From Takakia lepidozioides (lineage: Eukaryota; Plantae; Bryophyta): 64,000 nt of DNA. The translations under genes were made by a program, and so were the position numbers. Under the pieces are notes generated by a model. That model did not search any database. It had not been told where the DNA came from and saw only the letters and a list, made by a program, of their open reading frames with translations. Shown piece by piece: positions 14,310 to 27,970 of the stretch. Where the stretch lies: assembly GCA_030704615.1 (NCBI GenBank), contig CM060733.1, forward strand, positions 7,502,001 through 7,566,000. Reading direction: 5' to 3'. How positions within the stretch are numbered: position 1 is the first letter of the stretch; each line of letters opens with the position of its first letter.

Positions 14310-14575
14310 TCAAGTGGAATCCCCACAAGAACAAACGCCGTCTTGGAAGTAGTGAAAATGGCTGGCATCCTGTACAACAATAGCTTGTCCACCAATCTTT
14401 GAGACGAATCTGATAGTAACATGACAAGTCATCGATGAGGTGAAGAGGCGTCCCAGGGGCTGTGTTGATGAGCCCAAAAGTGCCAGCTTCTCACTGCGGA
14501 GGCAAAGAGAAACTGACTTTTGATTGTCCCCCAGATTATGCAATACCAAGCGGGGTGTCAGGCAAGTACCCAGTT
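14310..14575 (-). pseudogene. Degenerate E+/DYW domain remnant
   Basis: Across frameshifts reads [73 protein letters not shown]. The catalytic HxE His is lost and the CxxC is truncated. Confidence 0.85.
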
Positions 14576-14752
14576 GGTTTTAGGTACCATGGCTTCTTTA
14601 ACGATGTTTTTCATTCTTCAATCTGGTTCAATCCCTCAAAAGCATTTTGTTGAGCCCAGCTTCCTACAGCCGGGACAACAATATCATCTTCCCTACATTG
14701 TGTTTGGAGTGACGCACTTCTTTTCATGCATTTCTTCATGTATTTGGCTGGT

Positions 14753-17472
14753 TCACCAGTAATCCCCACAGGAACAACCCCCATTTTCAAAGTGGTGAAA
14801 ACGGTTGGCATCCCGTACAATGATTGCTCGCCCAACAATCTTTGAGATGAACTTGGTAGCCGTGTGGCAGTCACCACACACCCGAAGGTTTTTGATGATG
14901 CGGAGAGGCCTCCCAGGGGGTGTGCTTATTAGGCCAAAAGCAATGGCCAGCCTCTCGCTGTGGTAGCACAGGGAAAATTCCTTATGCTGCTCCTCTACAT
15001 CGTGCAATACAAAGCGTGTGTCAGGCACATACCCAGCCTCCTTCATCTGCCCATACAATCTCTTCAGTTCGACATGGATATCCTCAATTTGGGGATGCAA
15101 TTTGTCGTCTACAACAAATGTGTGCACCTCGTTGTCTACCTCAATGCAGCAGCTGCCCGGTGCCTTTCTGAAACCTCTGTCCTCCATCATTTTCCTCACC
15201 TTTGCTGTATCCTCCCACCTGCCAGCAGCAGCATAAATGTTTGACAGCAGCACATAAGTTGCCCCGTCTTGTGGATCCATCTTGAGAAGGCATTTTGCTG
15301 CACGTTCTGCTACATCCACATTGCCATGGATACCGCAGGCACTAAGCAAAGTACCCCACATTGCAGCATCTGGTTTGATTGGCATTTTGATAATGAGGTC
15401 TTCTGCCTCATCCAATCGCCCTGTGCGGCCAAGAAGGCCCACCATGCAGCCAAAATGTTCCACTGTCGGAGTGAGGCCATGGTTTCGACACATGGAATCA
15501 AAGTAGTGACAGCCTTCATCCACTAGGCCCACATGGCTACATGCAGAGAGAAGACCTACAAAGGTGATCCTGTCTGGCCTTACACCTTCCTGTTGCATCT
15601 GTTCAAATAGTTGCAGGGCTTCCATGCCATACCCATGCTGAGCATATCCTGTGATCATTGCACTCCATGAGATTACATCTCGTTCAGCCATATTGTCAAA
15701 CACCTTACCTGCATCCTTCATACTCCCACATTTAGCATACATGTCAACAAGGGCAGTCTCCAGAATGATATCTGGCGGAATTCCAGTTTTGATGATGTCA
15801 CCATGGACCTCTTTGCCGTGCTCCAGGGCTGCCATGCTAGCACACGCATTGAGAACAGAAATGAATGTGACCTTGTCAGGTGGCACCTCTCGCCACATCA
15901 TCTGCTCATACATTGCCAAAGCCTCCCTACCACACCCATGCCGAGTACATCCTGCGATCATGGCATTCCATGACACCACATTGGGTTTCAAGCCTTCCTG
16001 TTGCATTTGTTCAAACAGTTGCAAGGCCTCCCTACCACACCAATGCTGTACATATCCTGCCATCAGCGCATTCCATGAAACCACATCCCGTTGAGGCATA
16101 TTGTCAAACACTTGACGTGCATACTTCATGCTCCCGCATTTGGCATACATGTCAACAAGGGTATTCTCTAACTTGATGTATGGTGGAATTCCAGATTTGA
16201 TGATGTCAGAATGGACATCTTTGCCCTTTTGCAGGGCTCCTAGGCTGGCGCATGCATTTAAAGCGCAGATGAAGGTGACTTTGTCACACGTCACCCCTTC
16301 ACATTGCATTTGCTCATAGACTCTGAAAGCCTCCTGAGCATGCCCATGCTTTGCATATCCTGCCATAATCATAGTCCATGAAAACACATCTCGTTTAGGC
16401 ATTTTGTCAAACACCTGATGTGCATCCACCATACTCCCACATTTCACATACATGTTGACAAGGGCATTGAGTAAGAAAATGTTTGGCTTGAATCCACTTC
16501 GGATAATGTGGGCATGCACCTGCTTTCCCTCTGCTAGGCCTTTCATCTTGATGCATTCCTGCAAGAGATAGAGATAAGTCTTGGAGTCTGCCCCAATGCA
16601 TTCTTGGTTCAAAATGTGCACTTCCATTTTCAGTTTTCCTGCATCACATAGTGTCCTCACATCCCCACCAGTGCCAAAACTGTTCTTGGTGGCTCCCTTC
16701 CTTTGTTGTATTTCCAACGCACTGGTCATGGTGCAAGTGCTTGATTCAAACACCACAGCCTGATTCAACCCTGCCAACCTGCATACCTCAAGCCTCGGTC
16801 GTTACAAACCTTGACACTCCAACGAATGTATGTCAAAGCTCCAACATACTTTTCCAAAATACATCATGGGGAAAGACTCCTTGCTCTCTATTAGCAGAAT
16901 TCTATGTTGGTTACCCTTCCCACATCACAACCAGGTTCTACAAGTTGGGAACCTGCATTACTGTCCTCGTATGCATGGACTACCAAGACCACGACTGACA
17001 ACTCTGTTTGCCTTTATGCACTCACTAAGTTAACGCCAATATCTGTGTGAACTTCCCCTTTCCGGTACCCTCCTATTGCACCCCAACACAACTTTCCTGC
17101 TCCACTATGCCTATAGGGAGAGAAGTAACTATTCCTTCAATGTAAGAAGTAAGAACTCTGCTCCTTGCAATAAGCCATGTGTGGCTCCTTGTCTCTCCAG
17201 AGAAACTACGATGACAGCACTTTGCAGAACACCCTATTGCAACTAAAGGAGAAGGAGCAGATCCCCCAGAGGTCTGCATCCCTAAAACAGAAGAGACTGC
17301 CATACTGGTAGCAGCCTGACAACCCCCTTCCACCAGGGCTCACTTCAGACTTCCACCTAGCTGCTTCCAGCTTCTCCAATTGACCATCTACCCATGCAGG
17401 TTTCTTGCAGTTATCAATCCACAATGCCAGGTTGATACTCTTGTGCTTGAAATCTGGCTCTCTGGGATTGAT
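14753..17472 (-). CDS. PLS-class PPR-E-DYW editing factor (paralog A); main exon 16759-14753, upstream OSB-PDF half-motif exon 17472-17344, possible further exons 18610-18354 and 18837/18821-18735
   Basis: P/L/S repeats, E1/E2, PG box, HSERLA...CGDC...DYW stop. Phase-0 junction GAA|GTGAGC...AATCAG|GCT is in frame with the main ORF. Confidence 0.9.
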
Positions 17473-18235
17473 CTGCACCCACACTCCATCCCTGTCTTCC
17501 ACAACAAAAAACGAATAGATCCTCCCTGACAATTTAGATACCTGACAGTTACACCCCACCCCTTCATATTCTAGTTCTTAGGCTAAAAGAGTGGGGTGTG
17601 TGTGTGTGTAAGAGAGAGAGGGGATATGCGTCCTTGCAAAGCGTTAACATCACTAACAGATCCCTACTGGATATGAAGTTCCAGCCCATCAGTCATTTAA
17701 GGCCTGGCATTGACATCATGTTAAAAAACACAATGTTCGTATGAGCGCTGCTCCGTTAGCCCTCCGCTTAATGTGTAGTTGCAATCGAGTTGCAGTTCAC
17801 AAGAAGTGCGAAAGGGCAGAGATTGTAGTCATTGAACACTGAGACCCACCTCAAGGGCTTGTCCTCTCGGAATAACCCGCCTTTCGAAGCCCGTGGGAAG
17901 TTCCAGACCTCCAGAGTATTTGTGACAGCACAGAATTTCCATAACATTCGCGCATAAGCCAGGCGCACAGAGAACATCCAGCTACATCGAATTGAGTGTT
18001 GATCAATTCGATGGCAATGCCCTAAACATGAGGTTCGTTCCAAAACTGCCCCTCTAGCCCTGGAGATGTCAAATTGCTGCCCAATGACCGGGAATTGAAT
18101 GTAGGCGAATTCTCCTCATCCTAGAAAGTGGAAGTAAAGGTGATCCAGCGTTGCTCCGCTCGCCTTTAGCTTGCAACACACGTGACACACCTGAATGCAC
18201 AGCCAGTCAGAGTGTTGTGGAGAAGGGGCACCCAC

Positions 18236-18237
<2 letters not shown>

Positions 18238-18281
<44 letters not shown>
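18238..18281. repeat. (GA)n microsatellite
   Basis: About 21 GA units seen directly. Confidence 0.95.
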
Positions 18282-18283
<2 letters not shown>

Positions 18284-19292
18284 GGCGCTATATTGAATTT
18301 GAAGCTGTAGCTTTTCTATATGCATCTAGTTGTCTGCTTCAACTTAGCATCACCGTCCTCCTCAATTGTCCCACCGTTGACAGAATTTTGTATTTTACTG
18401 CATTCCAACCTGCAGGGCTGATCGGAGCACCATTGTATCCCCTGCATTCAAAAGAGATTCCAGGCCCCAGAGAGGCTGAACTTCCAAACGAGCAGATGCA
18501 CGTCATTGGTTCAAACATAACTCCTTTGATTTTGAAGGTCTTGTTATTACTTGAACAACAATGCGCTCCTTGCCTGCTGATACGGACTTCGCAAAAGCGC
18601 TGTACATAATCTGGAGTTGGAGGAACATGGCCAGCCCTGGGTCCTTTGTCCTTTCCTTTGAGCTTTTGCGCTCCCCAGAAGCCACAACATTCTCGACAAG
18701 TGAATCGGGGTAACGCTTTTATGAACGTACACACCTGCCGTATCTAACCCCACTCCATACTTTTTATAGTCAATCACGAAGTCAAAGCTGGTGATGGAGT
18801 ATAAGGTCGGTAAAATCCCACCTTTGCAGGGAAACATCCAACCATTTTGCCCAAGTGGAAGGACTAGAACCAACCAGCTGTGCTTGTGCCACGCACGAAC
18901 TATGGAGATTTCTACGACGGAGGGAGGGAGGAAGGAGAGGAGTAACGATTTTCAGGAACCAGAATTCACAGTGGTTTAAAGTTCAGGAGTTAGCAGACCG
19001 AGGTGGATTGCCCTTGCCAGCGCCTATTCTCCGCCCCATCGAATTGCGACAGGAGGACGTTGAAGACCGATTGGAAGAGCGTTACCATAGGGCTTCGAAT
19101 TCTGCTCGGCTGCAGTGATGCACATGATGAGCTGTGGTAAAGCAAAGGAGGTGATGGGCTTTGCGAGGGTTGAAGGGTGAGGAGAGGAGCGACAAAAGTC
19201 TTAGCTCAGGTGCTTGAAGTCAGGTGACGGTGGAGGAGGAAGCTAGACGTAGGGGAGTGGATTGTGTTGGAGGGGCCGCATAAACAGTAGCT

Positions 19293-19946
19293 ATGGCAGG
19301 GGACATGTTGCGGGGTCTTCAGGCCGCAGCATGTGTGTGTGGAGTTGGGGTGGTCTTAGGACTGGCAACGTTCGAATGGCTTCCACACCACATGAAGTTT
19401 TGGGGCGGAGACCTGCCTCGGATCATAGGGATGATGTTAATTCCACTTGTGGGGGTGGCCATGTCTCTGCTGTTGGCACTAGTTTCAAGTTGTGATCCTC
19501 TTATGGTTTCTCAGTCGTCCTCTTCTCGAGCTGCGGTCGCGGCTGTGGTGGCGTTACCCAGCTTTCTCGCATTACCACTCCATATCATCATCCTTTGGGC
19601 CAGCCTCAGTAATCACGTCATCGGAATAACCCCACTCACGGTGCTCACAGGGGTGCTCTTGATTTGCTTGGCAGTTGTTTTCAACTACGTGGAGCAGAAT
19701 TACGTGGTGGGGATTCGGGATCTTTGGACACTGCGGAGTGCAGAAGTCTGGGAGAAGACTCACTCCTTTGCTTCCAAGCTCTTTGCGCTGGTGGGTGTAG
19801 CAGGTATTGTGCTCGCCTGGTTTGTTCCACAGGGCATGTGGCAGCTCTTGTTGATAGCTGGCCTGCTCTTACTTCCCACTGGAATTTCTGTCATTTACTC
19901 ATATCTTATTAGGGAGGATACCCAGTATCAATACATCATAAGGTAA
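19293..19946 (+). CDS. sdpI: SdpI/YhfL-family (DUF1648 + SdpI) polytopic membrane protein, single exon
   Basis: 217 aa with about 6 hydrophobic segments. NYVVGIRDLWTLRSAEVWEKTHSFASKLF matches the SdpI hallmark N..vGIRTpWTL.s..vW.kTHr..gk. Also N-terminal LP..M..W and DP elements and C-terminal VIYSY. Confidence 0.82.
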   Translation: MAGDMLRGLQAAACVCGVGVVLGLATFEWLPHHMKFWGGDLPRIIGMMLIPLVGVAMSLLLALVSSCDPLMVSQSSSSRAAVAAVVALPSFLALPLHIIILWASLSNHVIGITPLTVLTGVLLICLAVVFNYVEQNYVVGIRDLWTLRSAEVWEKTHSFASKLFALVGVAGIVLAWFVPQGMWQLLLIAGLLLLPTGISVIYSYLIREDTQYQYIIR

Positions 19947-21715
19947 CGGAGGGCTGTTTTCTATGTCACATCAGCTCAATTGCTATAGAGTACCCCGGAG
20001 AGATATGAAGAGTTGTTCAACCAAAAAAAAAATGGAAGTGGTGGAGAAGCTTGTAGGTTGCAGCCCAGGTTGATTTTTTGAGAGGGAGGCTCCTTGTTGG
20101 CTAGCTGGCAGTGTAGGATAAAGCAGATCAGTAGAGTCAATGAGGGATAAATCTAGTTCACAGATTGGTCTAGTTTGTGTGCAAAACTTCAGTGAGCCTG
20201 ACTAATAAGCAAACTTCAATTGAGAGTGTTAACTGAAGTAGATCTTTCTTAGCCCAGAGAGATGGGACTATACTTGGTAATCTCTAGTCATCAGCAAATT
20301 CCAACTGTATATTCTTTATCTGGCAGACACAGCTGTGGCTACTAAGAGCAAAATTTGTTTCAGTAGATTGGAAGCTTTTTTCACATCTGAAGTTGGTTTA
20401 GTTGTGTGTTTGGGCTCGGCATGTTAGTTAGATGCTGCGAATTGAGGAAATGTATGACTGTCTCTGAGATACACAGAACTCTGTTAACACGTGTTGAGAA
20501 ATTCAGCTTGGATACATGGCACTTGGGGATTCAATGGGTCAACTTTCCTTGGATCTGTGTGAGAGGGGAATGGAGGTAAGAGAGGTGGATTCAGCCAAGC
20601 TACTGTAATCAAAGAGATTCATTTTCCAACAATTTTCATCTGGGAGTCAACAAACTGTTTAGTTTTGTGACAGTAGAACACAATCAAACAGCACCTAAGC
20701 AAAGGAGATCAAAGCATCATACTCACTTGACCACCGATGAACTGATCAAAATTAGCCGCCAAAAGTCACTTGTCACTACAGGGGAAAAACCTGCTTGGTT
20801 TGGGCCAGCTTGGAGTGATGAGCTGGGGTCTTGCCTGCAGTTGGGATGCGCAAAGTGCTTATTGTTGATAGATATGGTGTTACAGTTACTTGAATTGCGA
20901 AGTCAGATACAGACGAGGGATGATTTCAACCTCTCCCAACATTTTTCAGAACAGTGACACCCTTTGGAACTGCCACAGCCAGTATAACAAATTTGCGCGT
21001 AGTTCCTAAATGAGCTCTCAACTGATCCCACAACAACTGGTGAAGACAGTTCAAAATGAGTGGGTGTACCTTCCATGGAAGCAATTCTAGTCAGGAAATG
21101 ACTCTGAATCGTCAGATGTTCCGATTACAACGAATTATATATGTCGTCCGATCGCTTAAGATCAGAGGCTGATATGGATGGACAGCAATGTCTGGGTGCC
21201 GTTTTTGCTTTTTATTTTCAGTTGAATAACAGACATGTTAGTACTGGCGACCGGCATCTGGCCGTGTGCTCTCACGTCATTAGCGGATAGCCTTGTCCAC
21301 ATTTGCAGGGATTCGATTGGAGGTGACCTGAGGACCGGCTGGGCGGGTGACCGGAACGTTCTGGAATGCCCTGCTCGTCTCTCTCGTGCTCAGTGTGAAG
21401 ATTTGTGAGGAGATTTGTGGAGCCTTTGAGAGTGTTCTCGACGAGCAAGCTGCTTTGGTTCTGGGCCAGAATGTTGTAGAGATTTTCTGATTTTTAGTTG
21501 TATGCTTTCAAGAGTTTGAGAATCGGATGGCTTGTTGTTGACCGTCAGTTGCTAAGTCTCTTGGCAGGAAATGAAGCTTCTCTCATTGTAATCAAAACTG
21601 CGCGCTCTTGAAGGTTTAGAGTGCGCTTGTGAGGGTTTGAGTGGGGGGTTGGGTTTTTGGTGGTTGTGCAGACATCGACATCCCTGTTTTTGTAGGTGGG
21701 TTGTTGAGTTAAAGT

Positions 21716-23541
21716 ATGGCAAAGATTGGGGAGGGGGATAAGCGGTGGATAGTGGAAGACCGATCTGATGGAACGAACGTGCATAACTGGCACTGGTCGG
21801 AGAAAGACTGTCTAGAGTGGACGAGGAAGCGCCTCGGCCAGCTCCTGGAGAACACGTCCATCCTGTCAGGAGAGGGAGGCCTCTGGATCACTATCGGGAA
21901 AGTGGAGAGCGTGACGGGAGAAGCTTATGTCAATATTAGAAAGGGAAAAATCATCCCTGGGTATGAGATCAATGTGCGGCTGTCTTGGACGGGCGAGGCA
22001 AAGGACGGTAGTGGAAACAGTGTGGCCAAAGTTGAGGGCGGTGTGGATCTACCTTACATTGCTGATGAGAATGCGGACGAGGAACCGGAATTGAAGGTGT
22101 CCGTGAAGGATGAAACCCCTGTGGGGCAGCGGCTCCGTGAAGCATTTCTTGCCAAAGGCAAACCGGTGGTGCTGGAGAAGGTGGCTCGATATGTGAAGGA
22201 CATGGCGGCTGGAGGGCCCGCGAAAGATGAACTGGAGGGGAAAGTGAACTCCAAAAGCAGTACAGGAAAGTCTGGCAAAGGAGGCGTTGCAGAGAAGCCG
22301 ATTGTCACGTCAACAGTACCAGAACCACCAAAACCTAAAGGCAAAGAGGGGTTTAGAACCATTTCCTTAATCGAGAGATTTCATTGCCGACCCCGGGATA
22401 TCTATTCTACTCTCTTAGATGAAAAAAGATGGAAGGGGTTCACCCAGAGCAATGCCAAAATTAGCAACGAGGTCGGAGGGGCTTTCTCCATATTTGATGG
22501 GGCCGTGACGGGAGTCAATATGCAGCTTCAAGAAGACAAGCTCATTGTGCAAAAATGGAGATTCGGAAGTTGGCCTGATGGCCATTACTCGAATGTTAGT
22601 AGTATTCCTCTCTTGCGCCTTTACTGAAAGTAGTTTACCAATGTGGAAGTGCCTTTGAAAAGTTTCTATTGGTATTTCTAGGGCGCTCACTTAGCTAAAC
22701 GTCAGTGTTCTAAGATAAAGCACCTTCCATGCGCAAGGTCAGGACTGATTTCTTGGAAGGTGGCTTACGAGCAGCAGGCACACCTGCAGTTAGCTGGGGG
22801 GAAGGGGAGGGGGTCTTTGGGTTTAGGTTAAGTTTTCATCAATTGTTTATGTAGGGGAAGGATTCCCACCTCCGATCCCTACCGTTGGACCTTCATCCGC
22901 CTTAACAATTTAACCCTCGGACTGCGGCCCTTGGGGCAGTTCCTCAAGCTGGGGAACATCCTGTTTGATCGAAACATTCCCATACACAGAACAACTGGAG
23001 GATAAAGTGGACCTGATAGTAGTGGGACTTCTTGTCTGTTAGCCTGTTGTCCCTGCACATGGCCTTGCTCTTCTCTTACCATAATTTCAGTAGGTGAACA
23101 TGGCAGTTATGAACTAATTTTCTTTAAGGAGAAAGGTTCAAAACACACTGCTCAAAGTAGCTGGAGTTTCTGGAAACCTGAAACCGGAAATGGGAGAACC
23201 CTTCTTTAGCGGTGACCTGCTTCTCGGTGGCGCTGACCTTTACTTATCAACTGTATGGGCAGGTTTGTTTGACAATTGAGGAACCAGACATTGGAGTGAC
23301 AGTTGTGAAGCTGACACAGACTGATGTTCCAGAGGAAGACAGGTGAGCAAACGACCAAGTCTTTTTCCTAGCATCAGTATGCTTCTCAGACCTTGTTCTC
23401 TCTTTCACACGTGACCCCTAAACAAGTATGGCTGGATTCATGTGCAGGTTTGGCAATTCAACCGTGGTAGAGAACACAGAGAGGGGATGGCGGGATCTGA
23501 TCTTTCACAAAATCCGGGCTGTTTTTGGTTACGGGCTATAG
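21716..23541 (+). CDS. AHA1: Activator of Hsp90 ATPase (Aha1_N + AHSA1/SRPBCC); exons 21716-22594, 23263-23342, 23448-23541
   Basis: MAKIGEGDKRWIVEDRSDGTNVHNWHWSEKDC, NIRKGKIIPGYE, LIVQKWRFGSWPDG, DVPEEDRFGNSTVVENTERGWRDLIFHKIRAVFG. Confidence 0.96.
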
Positions 23542-26500
23542 AATTGGCAACGCTATGCCCAGATTTTTCTGCACTTCCAGTTGCTATTAATCGATGTTCA
23601 ACTAAAAGTGGTACATCAAGTGAAGACAAGGCAAATGCTGTAATACTGAAGAACCTGCAATGTTTAATGTCAATGTAGGAGTCGTGTCATGCAACTTGTC
23701 ATACTTTATTCATGAAGGGTTGATACTCTTTTGAGTTTCCTATTGTGTTCTCCGTGCAAGTGGAACTTTGCTTTATGTATGATGTTGGTGTATATTATGC
23801 AGTCTGAATGCAAATGCAAAGCACTTTTCTAGGTCCACATCCACGATTCATTATTCTCCCCTGACTTGTGGTACAAAAACATGTGCTAGTCACTCCCTCA
23901 ACCAGCTGTTATCAATCAATCATTTCTTTCGACCCACAGAGCCAGGGTTACCAAAAAGGATTAACAACTCTGTTGCTTAGAGAAACTCTCATAGACAGAA
24001 TGTTCCAGGAGCCTAACCTCTTTTGAAGACTTTACTCAGCTTTAAAGGGCTGAAAAGACCGCAAAACAATTGTACTGAACACCAGGTTACCTTAGTTGCA
24101 AAGTGGAGAAACTGATCTCTTCCTTGTTGTTTTCGATCTGTGAATTGAGGTTGCAATGGAGACTTGGTCTCAGAAAACATCATATCAACTCTGCTGTTAG
24201 GCAGGTATTCTTCAATGTAGGAGGTAGTACGTCCACTCCAACCGGTACTCTTCTCCATGCGCAACTGCAACTGGCTGAATTGCACACAACTCAATTCTCC
24301 AGTTCTGATGTCAGAGTCTTTCATTCTTTTTCTTTTATTTGAAAATTTGCAAGAGCATCGCGAACCTGTCACATACGAGGTTGGGTAGGCGTGAGCACAA
24401 TGGCATATTCCCCAAATTTTCGTGAGATTTCTGTGAAATTTCCAAAGCAAAATGAAATTGGCAAAATTAACAATTATGCCAAACCAACACATAAAGAACA
24501 AGTAGTGGGCTTATTAATACCTGATGAACAAGTTACCCTATAGGCGTGGCCTTTTCTCCATATAACAAGAAGAGAGTGGACGGTGAGGCTTCACCTCAAA
24601 TTTAAGGTCCTCGCCCATGGATAATTTCGCACGGCGAAACCAGCCTGAGAAGAAATCACATTGTAGCTAAAAGGATGAATATGTCACTTTTAAAGCCCCC
24701 ACCCATTTCTTTTGGATGTGGCATTGTTGGGGTGATGGGATTTCGTATAAAAAGTTTTGACTCAAACTATTTCACTAAGGGTTTCTCAATGCGAAACCCA
24801 CCGCTGTTTAGGTTTGTGCCCATATCACATATCATTTCAAAATTCAAAATTCACCACCACCGCTATAGGTTTAGGGTTTCAGGCTACACTATTGAAGGTT
24901 TCGTTCGTCTCGCTGAATTGGCGCAGATGTACCGGTCCTCTATACCCGCTTATGGTTTTATTCCATTTTGAAAACATATAACTTATATGACCGCGGGTTG
25001 TGCTCACGCGAGCATGCTCACGCTGTGCTCACAGGATACCAACCCCCTCACATACTTGTTATGTATTAGGTCCTAACTCATAACCGTTGGACGCCACCAT
25101 CACAATGGACACAAAACGAAAGACAAGTTTTCCTTTTTTGACCGCGAATTTTTGTATTTGAGGCACATTGTTGAAGAAGGGACATACCAATAGACTTAGG
25201 ACCATGTTTGTTGTTGCAGGCAAATTTGATTATCTTCTTGAAGGTAATTAGTTATTACGTAGATGTGATTACCTCTGATGTGGTGATGGTCACCTTAAAA
25301 ACTATGAATATATATTTTTGAAGTTGGAATATAAAACTACTTTCGAGGAGATAGTTCACGTGTACAAACTATCTTCATCAAGGAGTAATTTCAAGTTGTA
25401 GTTGATAATATGAAAATTTATATTCACTCTAGAAGAATTCAAACTTTGCATTACACCTCTACCACTAGACTATTCACCACATTTTTTTTTGGAAATAATC
25501 TAAAAGTGATGTTATGATGATTTTGCATGTCCAATGCATGGTCGATGTCAATTGTCCCCTCATTACAACAAGTTGACGTTTAATGTGGTGTAGGTGTGTT
25601 TCTGCATTGATGCCACCATCATTTATGCTCAGGTATTTTTGTGTCAGCTTGGACACAAACTGGACTATGGCGGTATGACTTGACTTTGGCCTCGCATATT
25701 GGCAAACCTGCTCACTTGTTATTCTGTGAGCTTGACACGAAGTTGGAGCATTAGAACATACACCAATGAGATTTGTCTTGTTCTGGGTGCAGGGCTGTGA
25801 AGTAAGCCGTGCAAAACTTGATGCCTCATTTGGTCCGAGCTTCTTGGTCTGGAGATGGCGGGTGGGAAAGATGATGCTGCCGCTGCATGAGGTACACAAT
25901 TTCAAACTTAATTTTACATATTAATTTTATGTTATATTTTACTTTTAAGTCTCTTATTTATATATTGTGCTATAGTTCAACATATATTCGTTTGTATTAT
26001 CTTTGGCAAGAAAGGTTCTTTTGCATTTCCATTTCCAGGGAAAAGACAGAAGTTGTCTTTCAAAATGAAGGAGGCACGTCGAGTCCACACCAAAGAGACA
26101 TACTGTCACAAAACACAAAACACGTGAGGGGAGGAACAGGGACAACTCACAAGGTCTCTTGTCTCTTCTACCCGACTAAAAAGAATTTTTACTTCCATGG
26201 GTAGGGAAAACATGACTATTAGACCTCTTGTCTCTCCTATGACAGGCATGTCTATCGAATCAGAGCACTCTCTTCTTGTTGAACTCGACATAGAGAGTAA
26301 CAAAGTATCTAGGCTCCTTAAAACCAATAAGAGTTTGATGGAGGAGATGAGGCTGAAGAACCGGGAGTATAAAGTAATGCGGAAGAGTCTTGAATCTCAA
26401 GACTCAAGAATCAGAATACTCGTTTGTTTTTTGAGGATGGACACGAATTTGCAGTGAGAGCATTCCTTGATACGGTTCTTGAGACCTTTTATCAGGCTGC

Positions 26501-27970
26501 AGGGGTGAAGGGGTCCTCAGAGAACAAGACAATGTGATTAAGATCTATATCTGTAGAGCAATTCTGTCAAGGTCAGTTTATTTCTTTTTAGGAATTTGGG
26601 AAGGGGGGGATTGTTTGTGGATCAACAGGTGTTGAACCTCTTGCGACTAGCCAAGACGGAATCCTCAAAATTAAGTGCAGTCACTTGTCACAGTTCAAAA
26701 CCAGTAAAGGTTGCAATTGGGCTTCAAGAGCTGGACCAGTTCAAGAATAGGGAGGAGTTTTTCCTAGTTATTTCATCAAATTTTTCAAATTGGAGTTTCA
26801 GATATGACAACTCAATACAAATCAGGGCAAACAAGCATCATTTTCAACTACTTTCACGTTTGAAAGTGAACAACCTTCAACTATATCTGAGTAGATTATT
26901 TGAACATGCAAAAAGTTTTGCTTTTATCAACTTTGGGTATCAATGATGTATATATGGAAGGAGGTTCCTCTTGAGGTATTGGGCTGTTAGAACAATATTG
27001 ATGTGGAGTACACTCTCAGGTCTTTAGTGAATCTTCAGGAAATTTTGTTATGTAGTATTTTGGGAGCTCGTAATTGACTCAGTCAATGCCGTAGTGAAGC
27101 ATTATGTGATACAATTAGTGGATGTGAATAGACCTTTGGAACATTGTGTAAATGTTAGTCATGATATAGAACTTCTATGCATCCAGTTTTGCAGGACATC
27201 CTATCTGTTCGGGTAGCTGTCCTTGTATAGTGACATGTGATGAGACACGACGAGTTTGTTGGTGTGGCACGAGAATTGAAGCTCGGTCTTTGGTGAAATT
27301 TTTAGCGATGGCTTCTCGTTTGACTGTGTAGAGGTGATAAATTCTTTAGCGTAGTTTTTTCTTGAAGCTCCGTTGTAGCAATTTAGATTTAGTAGAGAAG
27401 AGCAAGGGTTTTAATTTTTAATCAGAGTGCGATTCTAAGTGGCACTAGTATGCCCCTGTGCCTTTGACTCAACCTGAATTTTTTTGGTTATGTTTTCTAT
27501 TTCCTGTAATTTTTTTGGAGAAAATTCTTTGAAATTCAGTAACTTCCACATCAAAGATTTATATGGTGTGAAACAATCAATATACACCTCCCCTTGCTAA
27601 AGATTTTCAAACAGTACAAAGAACAAAAAAGAACATTAAGAGTTGGTCAAGAGTAAAGCGCAGCTCAAGAGGAATCACACAACTAGCATAGAAGCAACGA
27701 GTGCTTGCGAATAACCTGGTGAGAAGCTGGTGAGCAATCATACAGACGATCACACATCCTTTTCGAAAACCTAAGAAAATTGCACATGCATCAAGACAGT
27801 ACATTCAATAAGACATTTGAACTACCAATTCTATTCTCCAGCAAAGAAAGACGCAATAATTGCCGACCAATAGGTTGTCAGCCTTACAGTTCCTGCGGCT
27901 TCAGTGCGACCCTCTCTCTATGCTATGGGAGATAGTTTGTTTGTGATGGTATCTTAAATCTCCCAAATTG

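Noticed and set aside
24000-27600. Short ORFs in an AT-richer intergenic tract
   Set aside because: No recognisable domain or splice-consistent model; probably old transposon debris that I cannot classify by eye.
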